From positions 1-53,331 of IMG/VR virus record IMGVR_UViG_3300036828_001070: a DNA stretch of 53,331 bases; one strand, given 5' to 3'. The notes beneath the pieces were generated by a model. The model had not been told where the DNA came from. It ran no database searches and was given only the letters and a program-made list of their open reading frames with translations. Position numbers and translations under genes: made by a program. This document shows positions 34,990 through 44,006 of the stretch, piece after piece; the first letter of the stretch is position 1; each line of letters starts with the position of its first letter. The stretch is from a virus. Its lineage: Duplodnaviria; Caudoviricetes.

Positions 34990-35699
34990 GCCACTCCCCT
35001 CTGCTTCGCCAGCTCGTATGCCTCGCGGTTGCTGTAATCGTTGAAGCCTTCGCGCTCACACCGGCTATCCATAAAGTAGGCGAACAGCAGTTCGAACACC
35101 TCCTCGCGCTGTTCCACGTCATAGACCCAACGCACCACCTGAAAACACTCCTCCATAGCCAAACGCGAACTGTCACTCAGGGTCGCCAGCACCGCTCGCC
35201 GGGGTTCGACGTGCTCATCGGGATAACGCTCCTGCACCGTCGCCACCAGCTCTCGCTCCGATCCGTTCTTGGCCGCCGCAATCACCACCGGATCGCGATG
35301 CACCTCCGCCGACCACTCCACCAGATGCTGCGCATTGCGCCTGGGCATCTCCAACAGATCCTTTACGGCAACATCCTTGAGCTGCAGCAGCTTCATGGCG
35401 CTGTAGGCGGAGGAGCGCGAAACCTTCAGCGCCGAATAAATCCAGGCATCGAAACTGACGAAATAGTTACTGTCGCCAGGAACCGTCAGACGGCGCCATA
35501 GCTCACGCCGCGAGACTTCCAGACAGATCATGCCCAGCTCTACAAAGGCACGCCGTGTCGCCCCTTCTATCGCACGGGTACGGGCATCGTAGATATCGGC
35601 CGCATCGCTATCGTCCACCTCGCGCAGCCGTACAATGTCGGCTTCCGAAAGCTCACAAGCTGGATTCCAGCGCTGCAGCGTCTTCCTGGGTGGCATCAC
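34986..35699 (-). CDS. hypothetical protein
   Basis: Coupled 237-aa ORF. Confidence 0.7.
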   Translation of the reverse strand: MMPPRKTLQRWNPACELSEADIVRLREVDDSDAADIYDARTRAIEGATRRAFVELGMICLEVSRRELWRRLTVPGDSNYFVSFDAWIYSALKVSRSSAYSAMKLLQLKDVAVKDLLEMPRRNAQHLVEWSAEVHRDPVVIAAAKNGSERELVATVQERYPDEHVEPRRAVLATLSDSSRLAMEECFQVVRWVYDVEQREEVFELLFAYFMDSRCEREGFNDYSNREAYELAKQRGVA

Positions 35700-35884
35700 C
35701 TCACCTTCCTCTCTGCCATCGGTTCACTCCGGTGCAGCGGACAATTCTCCGCGTACCAGAACACCGGACCGCCAAAACTCGCTGCCTCGCAATCAGTGAA
35801 AATACCTTTACCCTGCCGGTTGTCCTTTACCGGACAAGTGCAGCCGGCCAGAATAGCTTCCTGACTGCCGGGATTCAGCCTCAC
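35696..35884 (-). CDS. conserved small phage protein
   Basis: NPGSQEAI.AGCTCPV.DN..GKG...FW....CPLH. Confidence 0.7.
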   Translation of the reverse strand: MRLNPGSQEAILAGCTCPVKDNRQGKGIFTDCEAASFGGPVFWYAENCPLHRSEPMAERKVR

Positions 35885-35893
35885 AACCTCACC

Positions 35894-37588
35894 TCAACTT
35901 GCCACCAGCCCAATGACACTCTGCCGCGCCACAGAGCGCTTGCGCGGCGGTTCATACTCCACCCGGTCCAGCACTACGCCCGTAGCCATATCGCGGATCT
36001 TCCAATAGAGCGACGGCAGCGGCTGCGAACTCTTGGTCTCAAACTTCATCTGCCGCGTCTGCGTAGCCTCATCCACCATGCGGATGCCGATGATGAACTC
36101 CGCGAAGCCGGCGATAGCGCTGGAGCCGCGCGCCAGCTGCGAAAGTGTCTTGTTGTCGTCCCAGTCCTTCACCGAATGGTGGACCAGACATATCTGACAA
36201 CCCACCTCCTTGCGAATCTGGTTCACCCGCGTCAGGATCCGGCGCATCTCGCTGTTGTCGTTCTCGTCAGCATCGTGCAGCACATTCAAAACGTCCAGGA
36301 TGCAGAACTCGGTCTGTTTCTCCTGCATGGCGCGAATCAGGCTGGCCAGCTGTTCATCGTCGTCCAGCATCAGGTTTCTGCTTTGTTCGCGGGTGTTAAT
36401 CAGCAGGTTGCTCTCCCAGATAGCGTCATCCGGATCCCGGCCAATGCCGGTAATCACCCTGCGCACCCTACGCTTGGTCAGGTCCGGAGCGTCTTCCCGA
36501 CTTACCAGCGCCACTCGCGTGGGATTCGAGACCTCGCATTCCATCCAGGCACTGCCGCAGGCCAGAGCCACCGCCATAGCCACCGTGGCAAAGCTCTTTC
36601 CACTCTTAGGCAGAGCTATCACGAAACCGCTGGTTCCCTTCTCAATCACCCGGTCAATGCGCCAATCAATCTGCTCCGGCACATGCCGGATAAACTCAGC
36701 GGCCGGAATCAGCAGACGAGAATCCACTTTGGGCTGCCACAGCCGCGCCGTCCTCACCAGCTCCTGCAGCTCGCCAAAGTTGTGTCCGGCAAGGTAGTCG
36801 GCAACATCATCGCCTTCCTCGTCCAGCGGTAGATCGAGCCACTTCACTCCCAAAGCAAAACGCCCCACCGATGCCGCCACCGTCTCCATGTGCATTCGCC
36901 CAGTAGGATCGTTGTCCGGCACCACCACTACTTTCTTTCCGGTAAAGTAAGCCGCAAACTCCTCTCTCCACTTGCCGGCGCCATGCGGGTTGGTGGTCGC
37001 CGTTATCCCATCCACCAAGCAGGCATCACCTTCGCCCTTCATCTCCGAATAAGCCTGGCGCACCGCATCGGCGCACTTCTCGCCTTCCACGATGAAGACC
37101 TCAGTAGCGCGCAACACCTCGCCCAACCGGTACAGCACCCGCCGCGTGCCTTCGATGCTGTACTCCCAGCCCGACGTTCCCACCGGCCGGCGGTTGCTGA
37201 TGCGTTTCTTCCCGTTCTCCGGATGCGAAGAACGCAGCACCTGATACAAAAGCCGTCCCTGCTCATCGCGGTAGTCGTACACCGCCTCCAGCTTCAGGCT
37301 GAACTGAAAACCGCCCTGGGCTATGCCAATGATCTCCTTCACCGCCATCATGGCATCGCCAGGCGATTGCCCATTCAGGCGCCGTTCGAAGTCCACCATG
37401 CCGCCGCCAACATTCTCCGCATGACAACGCCATACCCCTTTGCTGAAGTTGAAAGACAGAGACGCAGTACGATCATCGTGAAATGGGCACTTCGCCATGT
37501 AGCCCACGCCCACCCGGCGGATCTCCTTGCCGATGCGGGTCTCGTAGTATTTGCGCGCCTGCTCCGCCGTGAAAGTGAACTCCATCAC
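35894..37588 (-). CDS. primase-helicase (CHC2 Zn finger + TOPRIM + RecA/RepA-type AAA_25)
   Basis: CPFHDDRTAS, IVEGEKCAD, VPDND..G, Walker A PKSGKS, LVHH...ARGSSAI. Confidence 0.9.
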   Translation of the reverse strand: MMEFTFTAEQARKYYETRIGKEIRRVGVGYMAKCPFHDDRTASLSFNFSKGVWRCHAENVGGGMVDFERRLNGQSPGDAMMAVKEIIGIAQGGFQFSLKLEAVYDYRDEQGRLLYQVLRSSHPENGKKRISNRRPVGTSGWEYSIEGTRRVLYRLGEVLRATEVFIVEGEKCADAVRQAYSEMKGEGDACLVDGITATTNPHGAGKWREEFAAYFTGKKVVVVPDNDPTGRMHMETVAASVGRFALGVKWLDLPLDEEGDDVADYLAGHNFGELQELVRTARLWQPKVDSRLLIPAAEFIRHVPEQIDWRIDRVIEKGTSGFVIALPKSGKSFATVAMAVALACGSAWMECEVSNPTRVALVSREDAPDLTKRRVRRVITGIGRDPDDAIWESNLLINTREQSRNLMLDDDEQLASLIRAMQEKQTEFCILDVLNVLHDADENDNSEMRRILTRVNQIRKEVGCQICLVHHSVKDWDDNKTLSQLARGSSAIAGFAEFIIGIRMVDEATQTRQMKFETKSSQPLPSLYWKIRDMATGVVLDRVEYEPPRKRSVARQSVIGLVAS

Positions 37589-37836
37589 ACCACCTCAGCC
37601 AGCTTCTTCTGTAGCCGCTTCAATCGCTTCCACGCCACATCCAGATCTCGACGCAGATTGATTACCCCGCTCTCCGCGCGCGAGACGCAGAACTGAATCG
37701 CCTGCTGACGGCTGTGAAACACATGAAAGTTATGCGGCCACAGACTGTTTTGGTCACGCTTTACTTCAACAGAACGGCGCAAACGTATGCGGTCACAATA
37801 CTTATCCACCGTCCACACTATTTCCTGGCCACTCAT
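37585..37836 (-). CDS. hypothetical protein
   Basis: Coupled ORF. Confidence 0.6.
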   Translation of the reverse strand: MSGQEIVWTVDKYCDRIRLRRSVEVKRDQNSLWPHNFHVFHSRQQAIQFCVSRAESGVINLRRDLDVAWKRLKRLQKKLAEVV

Positions 37837-38555
37837 CGCGCCAGCCACCATTCCAATTTTTCCGTACTTTTGAAGAGATGATCGTTCCAGTCGATGTACT
37901 GCTTCTTCTGCTCGTTCTTGCCCATATGAAAATCGCTCTCACACAGCCCATCAATGGCAAGCTTCATCAGTTGCTCAGCCTTGCCCAGGTCGCCATTACA
38001 CTTTCGCTGGCAGTCCGCCAGTCGCGCCAATCCTTTTTTCATGCGCTGATCGGTCAACTCGTATAGCCGGGGATGCCGATCCGTACGTTCGATGTAGTAC
38101 TTAAATAGTCGATGAACGATGCTTGTAGAGTTAAGTTTCTTATCAGCGGTTAATGCAGTTTTCTCCCCCTCTGCAGGAAACGGAGAGGACGGTTTTTTGT
38201 CCTCTCCGTTTAAAGGTTCTTTAACTTCCTGGTTTAAGTGACTGTCAGTCACTACCCCCTGGTGACTGTCAGACACTACCCCTACCAAAACCTGCATATT
38301 GAGGGTGTAGGAATTGCTGGTATTTGCCGTGTCAACCTTGCGATGAATGACGGTTATCAACCCAGCTTTTGCCAGTTCCTGAATGATGCGTATGACTGAC
38401 CTGCGGGACATTCCGCAATCCTTCGCCACCAACTCCAGAGAAGGGTCGCAGCGGTTGCTATCGTTGTTGTGACGATCAGCAAGAATGATGAGGACAAGTT
38501 TCTGCAGGGAAGGCAGTTGCTGATCGATGGCCCATACAGTTGCACGATGACTCAT
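37833..38555 (-). CDS. replication initiator-like winged-HTH protein
   Basis: KLVLIILADR...CDPSLELVAKDCGMSRRSVIRIIQELAKAGLI..SNSY; AAGGAG RBS. Confidence 0.85.
   Translation of the reverse strand: MSHRATVWAIDQQLPSLQKLVLIILADRHNNDSNRCDPSLELVAKDCGMSRRSVIRIIQELAKAGLITVIHRKVDTANTSNSYTLNMQVLVGVVSDSHQGVVTDSHLNQEVKEPLNGEDKKPSSPFPAEGEKTALTADKKLNSTSIVHRLFKYYIERTDRHPRLYELTDQRMKKGLARLADCQRKCNGDLGKAEQLMKLAIDGLCESDFHMGKNEQKKQYIDWNDHLFKSTEKLEWWLAR
38238..38282. repeat. iteron-like tandem repeats within the initiator gene (putative ori)
   Basis: GTGACTGTCAG(T/A)CACTACCCC twice at a 24-bp period, next to an AT-richer tract; lambda-O-like layout. Confidence 0.65.
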
Positions 38556-38711
38556 GGGGGATCTCCTTTCTTTCCGCAGAGCATTCGAGGGGAGCAGGAA
38601 ACACTCCCCTCGAATGCGTCTCAACCTCAATCTCAGGCACCTGGAAAGGGAGATTGGGCAAGACGCATTGGCGCAGACACTTGAAGTCAGAGACTTGAGC
38701 GATAGTTACAG

Positions 38712-39029
38712 TTAAGGCTGAGGTGGCGCCTCAGCGGTAATGACAATAAGGTTCTTACGGTCAGTAGTATTGTTTTTCGCAGCGTAGTCGTACTGGATCT
38801 CGACCGCATCCAGGAGATTGCCGGCAGCCTCACAGATGGCATCGCTGGTCTCCGGTGCTACCGTGCCTTCAATCAAATCGACAATCAGCGCACCCATCAG
38901 GCCGGCCAGATCGTTGGCCGTCCTGATGCCACGTTTCGCGATCTCCAGCGATTGCGGCGGCTTTTCCGGCTCAGAGATAACTTCTTCGTACTCTTCGGCA
39001 ACCTTGCTGTTTTTCTTCTGCGCGGCCAT
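38712..39029 (-). CDS. hypothetical protein
   Basis: GGAAGGA RBS, 105 aa. Confidence 0.65.
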   Translation of the reverse strand: MAAQKKNSKVAEEYEEVISEPEKPPQSLEIAKRGIRTANDLAGLMGALIVDLIEGTVAPETSDAICEAAGNLLDAVEIQYDYAAKNNTTDRKNLIVITAEAPPQP

Positions 39030-39079
39030 AGCAATAATCCTTCCTTAGTGACATTAAGAAATTGCTTCAAACTTCTCAC

Positions 39080-39622
39080 TCAAAAAGGGATATCGTCGTC
39101 AGTAATACCCACTTCCTGATACTCTTCATCCTCGTTGACAGGTGGTTTCGCCGGCTTCACTTTACCGCCCGATAGCGCCCTGCCGAACAGTGCATCCAGT
39201 TCGCGGGTCTCCTTCGCATTCAGCGGAGCTACCTCGCGCGCCAGGCCGCTGTTGCTGATGTCCCAGCGTTCGCGCATCTCGCCATCTTGGCCCGGCTCAT
39301 GCTTGCACCACAGATCCACCTGCTGGCCTTTCATGCTGATGTGGTCGGGGTGGGCAGGATCCAGCTGGGAGAACTGCGTTCCCTGAAAGCCCAGCGTCTG
39401 CAGCTTCTCCACGATGAAGGGCACAGTCTTTTCCGTGATGGTCCAAAAAATCGTTCGCTCGTACTGGTAGCGGTGCGGCGCATAGCTGTCGCCGTCAGGA
39501 ATACCCAGAATCTTCACCCGCATCACCAGCTGCTTATTGCCGGTACTGGCCTTGGTCAGGCTATGGGAAACAATCTCCGCCACATGCACGCCAACCTCGT
39601 AGAAGGGTCCGTTGCTAGGCAT
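39080..39622 (-). CDS. single-stranded DNA-binding protein (DUF669-like)
   Basis: Acidic tail ITDDDIPF; follows the Sak4-like gene. Confidence 0.75.
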   Translation of the reverse strand: MPSNGPFYEVGVHVAEIVSHSLTKASTGNKQLVMRVKILGIPDGDSYAPHRYQYERTIFWTITEKTVPFIVEKLQTLGFQGTQFSQLDPAHPDHISMKGQQVDLWCKHEPGQDGEMRERWDISNSGLAREVAPLNAKETRELDALFGRALSGGKVKPAKPPVNEDEEYQEVGITDDDIPF

Positions 39623-40544
39623 TGACGGCCTCCATCTTCTCCGGCTCTGCCGCCACTTTGCCTACCGGCTTGCGACTGCTCCTGACCGCCTCGCTAAGGT
39701 TCTTCCAGCCCTCGGCCGCATCCGCGCCCATGTCGATCTCATCCGGCAGCCCCAGCCGGTTCTTGGCGTCGAAGGTGGGATTGTCGGAGTTGGTGTATGC
39801 GATACGCTGACTCACCTCGGCGGCCTTACCCTTTTTGCCTGGCTCCGCGATCTTGGTTCCCTGCTTTACCAGCACTTCGAAGTTGCCGAAGATGATGTTG
39901 TCCAGCCAGCCCTTGGTCAGCCCCCAGGTCTTCTCATGCATCTCCGGCATGTAGCGGTCGTAGTCGGCGCCGCCGGGATTCTTGAAGGTCCGGATGCGGG
40001 TGTGGACCAGGAAAAAGATGGTCATGCCTTTCTCTTTGCGCAACTCATCCAGCGCATTCAAAAACATGCGCCAGTCCGCCAGCGCCACCTCGTAGCCGCG
40101 CTGATAACCCATAAACCCGCGCTCTCCCCAGTCGCCTTCGAAGTCACGCTGACAGACGTACTCGTGCATCATGCGTTCGGCGCCGTTGGCGGTATCGAGT
40201 ATCAGCGTCTTGTAAGGATGATCTTCCGTGCGGAGAAACTTCACCGCCGCCAGCAGATCAGCCCAGGTAGTGGCTTCAGGGAAATGCGGTGTGGGCGGAA
40301 GCTGGCCGGAATCGATAAGCGTTACCAGACCGGTCTCGCCGCGTGTCATCAGGAAGATCGGCGCCCGCGAGTAAGCCAGGATGCTGGTCTTGCCAAAGCC
40401 TACGCCGGCGTGAAAGGCCCAGCGGCTGGGGAGGGCGATGCCCTTGCTGGTGATATCCGCCACGGTGAAGACTTTGGTGGTAACCGTTGTGGCGACTGGT
40501 CCCGACAGCGGTTGCCGGGGAGTACGCATAGTAGTTGGACTCAT
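39615..40544 (-). CDS. Sak4-like AAA_24 ATPase / annealase
   Basis: GVGFGKTS, YKTLILDTA, FDAKNRLGLP. Confidence 0.85.
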   Translation of the reverse strand: MSPTTMRTPRQPLSGPVATTVTTKVFTVADITSKGIALPSRWAFHAGVGFGKTSILAYSRAPIFLMTRGETGLVTLIDSGQLPPTPHFPEATTWADLLAAVKFLRTEDHPYKTLILDTANGAERMMHEYVCQRDFEGDWGERGFMGYQRGYEVALADWRMFLNALDELRKEKGMTIFFLVHTRIRTFKNPGGADYDRYMPEMHEKTWGLTKGWLDNIIFGNFEVLVKQGTKIAEPGKKGKAAEVSQRIAYTNSDNPTFDAKNRLGLPDEIDMGADAAEGWKNLSEAVRSSRKPVGKVAAEPEKMEAVNA

Positions 40545-40584
40545 GGTATTGCTCCTGTGAATTTCAAGTTGTGTGGGAAAATCC

Positions 40585-41172
40585 TTAGTTGACTCCAATC
40601 CGTACAGCCAGAGCTGCACGTTCGACCTCCGTCAAATCCCATGCAGCACAAACGATCCATAAATCGCCCTGCCCCGCACGGCGCAGTAGCATCGGGTCTT
40701 TCGGCGGAACTAAATTCCACTCAGCCTCGAAAAGAATGTGATAGTTTTCGAGGCCACGCTTGGGGCGCAAGGGCAAGGGGATTTGTGGCACGATGGCGCG
40801 TTGCCGCCGCTCCAGCTTGATGCCGGGAAAGCGGTTCAAGGGAAGCTCGATGCGCTGGCGGGTCAGGTGGGAGGAGTGCAACGCCGCCGCTGTCGTGGCG
40901 AAGACGAGGTTGGATTTCGGCCACCTGTTCGTGTCCAGCCAGCAATGCTTGGCATCCGCCCGCACGATAGCCAAGCGGGGGAGACCGTCCACTCCCACTC
41001 CTGCTTTAACGATGCTCTCTAGGGCTTGAATCACGACCTTACCTTGGCTGAGAGCGTGGTACGTGCGCATTACCTCACGATCAATCGGCTGTGACCAGTG
41101 TTGATGCTTGCGATAATCCCGCCATAATTGATTAGCCTTATCGCGCTCTAAAACGATTTGCTGGGTCTCCAT
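40585..41172 (-). CDS. conserved phage hypothetical protein
   Basis: AIVPQIP..LRP...YHILFEAEW..PP.DP.LL...AAWDLTEVE. Confidence 0.7.
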   Translation of the reverse strand: METQQIVLERDKANQLWRDYRKHQHWSQPIDREVMRTYHALSQGKVVIQALESIVKAGVGVDGLPRLAIVRADAKHCWLDTNRWPKSNLVFATTAAALHSSHLTRQRIELPLNRFPGIKLERRQRAIVPQIPLPLRPKRGLENYHILFEAEWNLVPPKDPMLLRRAGQGDLWIVCAAWDLTEVERAALAVRIGVN

Positions 41173-41185
41173 GATTCACCGTCCC

Positions 41186-42286
41186 TCAAGTCAGAACTGT
41201 TTGCTGTTGCTGTTGCTGTTGCTGTTGTTTCTGCAACGCCAGGAAATACTGCTCCAGCGCATCGTGCATCATGGTCCCAAAAAAAATGCTTTCCTTCTCC
41301 TCTTCGTCCAGCTTCTCTACCCCCAGTTCGTACTGGAAGTAATGCTTCTGCCGGCAAGTCTGAAAGCAGCGCACCCGGCTGTTGGTCAACACATCGGTGC
41401 CGCGCGCGGGAGCGAGTGTCTCCGGATAACTGTTCAGCACCGGCAATTCGTTGTGCACCCAATCTTTCTGGATCCATTTCTCGCTATCGATGGTGTCGTA
41501 GCCGCTGCACACCCCCAGAAACTTGCAGGGTGAGTTATAGGTGAAACAGGCGCCGGAGTTGCGGGGATGGCGTCCGCTGTTGCGCGCCAGCAGGATGTCC
41601 TGTGCATGTCCCCACAGTTCGATCCCGTACTCGCGGATCTCCGCGTCCAGGCGGGGCACCTTGCGCCGCTGGAAGTACCACTCCGACCGCTCAAAGCAGC
41701 AGTCGTAAGCCAGCCGCGCCGCATACATTAACGGAGTCTCACGCTCACTCTCTCTGAATAGCTGCGCCTCGGCATCGTCCAGTTCGAAGTCGTAGTACAT
41801 GCTCGAATCCAGGATGACGGTCGTATCCTTTTTGGAGAGCGCCTTGGGCGAGATTCCCGGCTTGCGAATCACATCCCAGATCCCGCAGTCCACCTTATTG
41901 CCGTTCAGCCACTCCAGCAGCATGTAGTGGCTTACCTGGCCCTCGATGGCCAGTTGCTTCCAGTACGGCGCCAGCGGATCGGTAATGTCCTGCGATGCGG
42001 TCTTGTGATCGAAGACTACTTTGGCTCCGGTAGCAATCTCGGTCGCGCGCACATCGATCTTGCCCGCTTCGATAAAACTCCTGCTCTTGCGTCCGGTCTC
42101 CGGATTAAAAAGATCGCTGGTCAGCACACACTCCACATCATCGATGCGGTAAGGCGCATCCTTCCAGCGATGGTCGTAGCCGATCAGCAGACCGTAGCAC
42201 TTGGCCGCCACCAGGATGTCACCTGCCTCGCCGGCCGTCAGGTACGGTTGCAGTACCTCATGGGCCGCCTGCAGGGCGTAGCTCAC
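41186..42286 (-). CDS. PD-(D/E)XK Cas4/RecB-like exonuclease, circularly permuted
   Basis: GKID...DHKT, QVSHY, C..Y.SPC.F.GVC; the normally N-terminal block LTNSR..CFQTC...FGTMMHDALE is at the C-terminus. Confidence 0.85.
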   Translation of the reverse strand: MSYALQAAHEVLQPYLTAGEAGDILVAAKCYGLLIGYDHRWKDAPYRIDDVECVLTSDLFNPETGRKSRSFIEAGKIDVRATEIATGAKVVFDHKTASQDITDPLAPYWKQLAIEGQVSHYMLLEWLNGNKVDCGIWDVIRKPGISPKALSKKDTTVILDSSMYYDFELDDAEAQLFRESERETPLMYAARLAYDCCFERSEWYFQRRKVPRLDAEIREYGIELWGHAQDILLARNSGRHPRNSGACFTYNSPCKFLGVCSGYDTIDSEKWIQKDWVHNELPVLNSYPETLAPARGTDVLTNSRVRCFQTCRQKHYFQYELGVEKLDEEEKESIFFGTMMHDALEQYFLALQKQQQQQQQQQTVLT

Positions 42287-42531
42287 TCCTCTACCCCCGC
42301 CGGCTCCCGGTTGCCAATCGGCAGATAGGTGATTATGGTTTCCACCCTCTTCTCCAGCTTCAGATAATCGAGAATGGATGGTCCGGGATTGCGTCTGCCC
42401 TCCAGCACGTCATACACATGGGCCTGAGACACCTTCAGCTGCGCGGCCATCTCTTCGATGGTGCATCCGCTGAAGCGTAGCCGGAGCAGCGTGATAACGT
42501 CTGATGGTTGGAGATGTTTGGGCGGTCTCAT
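42283..42531 (-). CDS. Cro-like HTH regulator
   Basis: TIEEMAAQLKVSQAHVYDVLEGRRNPGPSIL; first gene of the replication operon. Confidence 0.8.
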   Translation of the reverse strand: MRPPKHLQPSDVITLLRLRFSGCTIEEMAAQLKVSQAHVYDVLEGRRNPGPSILDYLKLEKRVETIITYLPIGNREPAGVEE

Positions 42532-42575
42532 AATAGGCTGCTGGCTACAATGAAACTTCGCTGAAGCGTTGTCAA
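42532..42575 (-). promoter_or_regulatory. promoter (TTGACA at 42575-42570) with operator TGTAG-ccagcagc-CTATT abutting the Cro-like start codon
   Basis: Operator shares 16 bp with the copy at 43908. Confidence 0.65.
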
Positions 42576-42772
42576 GGGTTTCGGCAACCACGATCTGCTC
42601 AAATTTGCAAGCGTAAATGTCAGGTAAAAGCACTCTATGGTCAGCAATGGGCAATAAATGTTGTGGAAAATCCTGTGGAAATCTCCCGCACTGCCGCAAA
42701 AATAAATTTAGGTCTCGGCGGATACGTTGTTGTAGGCTTTTGCCGATGTAGGCTATTGCCGGAAGGAATTCT

Positions 42773-43132
42773 GTGATTAAGAAACGTGTCAACTCGTCCC
42801 GCAATACCTTTGCCGTAGCCCTCAAGCACGCCGAAAAGGAACTGGCCAGCAAGCTCAAGGAACGCATGGAAGCTCAGAACGTAGTGGCCCGCCTCAACTA
42901 CGAGATTCCCAATCTGCAGAACATGGTCCGCGTGCTAGAGCGGCAACTGACTCCGGAAGCCATCCCACCGCAGCTACAGGAGTCCGTCGCTTTGCCACCC
43001 TTTGCTCTCGATGGTCTGCCTCCAGTCAAAGAGGTGGAGCCGGGCATGGGATCCATCCCCTTCAGTGGTGAGCTGCCGGCACTCGATATCGAAAGCGTTA
43101 TTCCCGAGATCGCGAAGGATGGGTGGAAGTAA
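42773..43132 (+). CDS. hypothetical coiled-coil protein
   Basis: GAAGGA RBS; divergent from the Cro-like gene. Confidence 0.6.
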   Translation: MIKKRVNSSRNTFAVALKHAEKELASKLKERMEAQNVVARLNYEIPNLQNMVRVLERQLTPEAIPPQLQESVALPPFALDGLPPVKEVEPGMGSIPFSGELPALDIESVIPEIAKDGWK

Positions 43133-43474
43133 ATGGCGATTGCGTTGATCCAGCCCAAACCGAAGTGGAAAGAGATCGCTTGCCCCATGCGCTACTGTCG
43201 CGCTTATCGCTGGGGCTATGTCACTGTCTTTGTCGGACAGGAACCGCAGATTGGCTGGCACCTCAGCATCTCACAGCCATACCGCTATCCCACCTGGGAC
43301 GAGATTAAGGCAGCAAGATACGATCTATTGCCGCATGATGTGACCATGGCCATGATTCTCCCACCTACCGGGGAGTACGTTAACCTTCACCCAAACTGTT
43401 TCCATCTGCACCAGATCCCCGGCGAATTTGAGCGTTCCGTTCCAGCAGAGCAAGCGCATCAGCTGCATCGTTGA
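43133..43474 (+). CDS. conserved phage hypothetical protein
   Basis: WHLSIS...RYPTWDEI...PP..EYVNLHPNCFHL. Confidence 0.75.
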   Translation: MAIALIQPKPKWKEIACPMRYCRAYRWGYVTVFVGQEPQIGWHLSISQPYRYPTWDEIKAARYDLLPHDVTMAMILPPTGEYVNLHPNCFHLHQIPGEFERSVPAEQAHQLHR

Positions 43475-43664
43475 CGCCCTGCATGTAACAGGAACGCACT
43501 AGTATGCCGAGATCGTGCGCGCGCGCCCCATTCCACAGATAAGCACCCATCATGCCCGCCGTACGGTCAGCAGCGATCTCAACCATCTTCGCCGGCGGAA
43601 TATAGCCACGCACCTCGAACCGGTCGCCTAGACGCTTGTGCTCGTATTTGCGATAGCGCTTCAA
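43380..43664 (-). CDS. hypothetical protein
   Basis: TTGA-coupled to the excisionase; SCYMQGVND motif; convergent overlap. Confidence 0.5.
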   Translation of the reverse strand: MKRYRKYEHKRLGDRFEVRGYIPPAKMVEIAADRTAGMMGAYLWNGARAHDLGILVRSCYMQGVNDAADALALLERNAQIRRGSGADGNSLGEG

Positions 43665-43891
43665 GCAACAATCTTTTTCTGAAACGGCCGCTGAGAACGT
43701 ATTGGCTTATTCAAATCCACCGTATGCACGGTACGGGATGCAACCAAGTCATCGATGGTGCTTTGTTTAATCATGGGCGTCTTGCCCATCCTCACGTATT
43801 CAATCTCTTTCCGCCCCATCCAACTGCGGAGTCGCCGGATCGAGATATTCAGTTGCTGGGCAGCTTTCTCTACAGTAAGAAGAGTTACCAT
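43661..43891 (-). CDS. xis: excisionase-like HTH (recombination directionality factor)
   Basis: LLTVEKAAQQLNISIRRLRSWM..KEIEYVRMG; divergent from integrase. Confidence 0.8.
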   Translation of the reverse strand: MVTLLTVEKAAQQLNISIRRLRSWMGRKEIEYVRMGKTPMIKQSTIDDLVASRTVHTVDLNKPIRSQRPFQKKIVA

Positions 43892-43907
43892 TTTGATTCC
43901 TCCCAGT

Positions 43908-43955
43908 TGTAGCCAGCAGCCTACTGCCCCTTCTCTTTGTTGTCAAGAGCCTACA
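43908..43955 (-). promoter_or_regulatory. xis promoter TTGACA-17-TAGGCT covered by two operators (43908-43925, 43938-43955)
   Basis: TGTAG-ccagcagc-CTACT over the -10 and TGTTG-tcaagagc-CTACA over the -35. Confidence 0.7.
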
Positions 43956-44006
43956 ATTCCTGCATTCTATATACAGCTTTCGCCATTTGCTCGAAGAGGA
44001 ATTCTT

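Noticed and set aside
41196-41235. Poly-Gln (CAA/CAG) tract as a phase-variable repeat
   Set aside because: In-frame triplet low complexity at a protein C-terminus; length changes would not shift the frame
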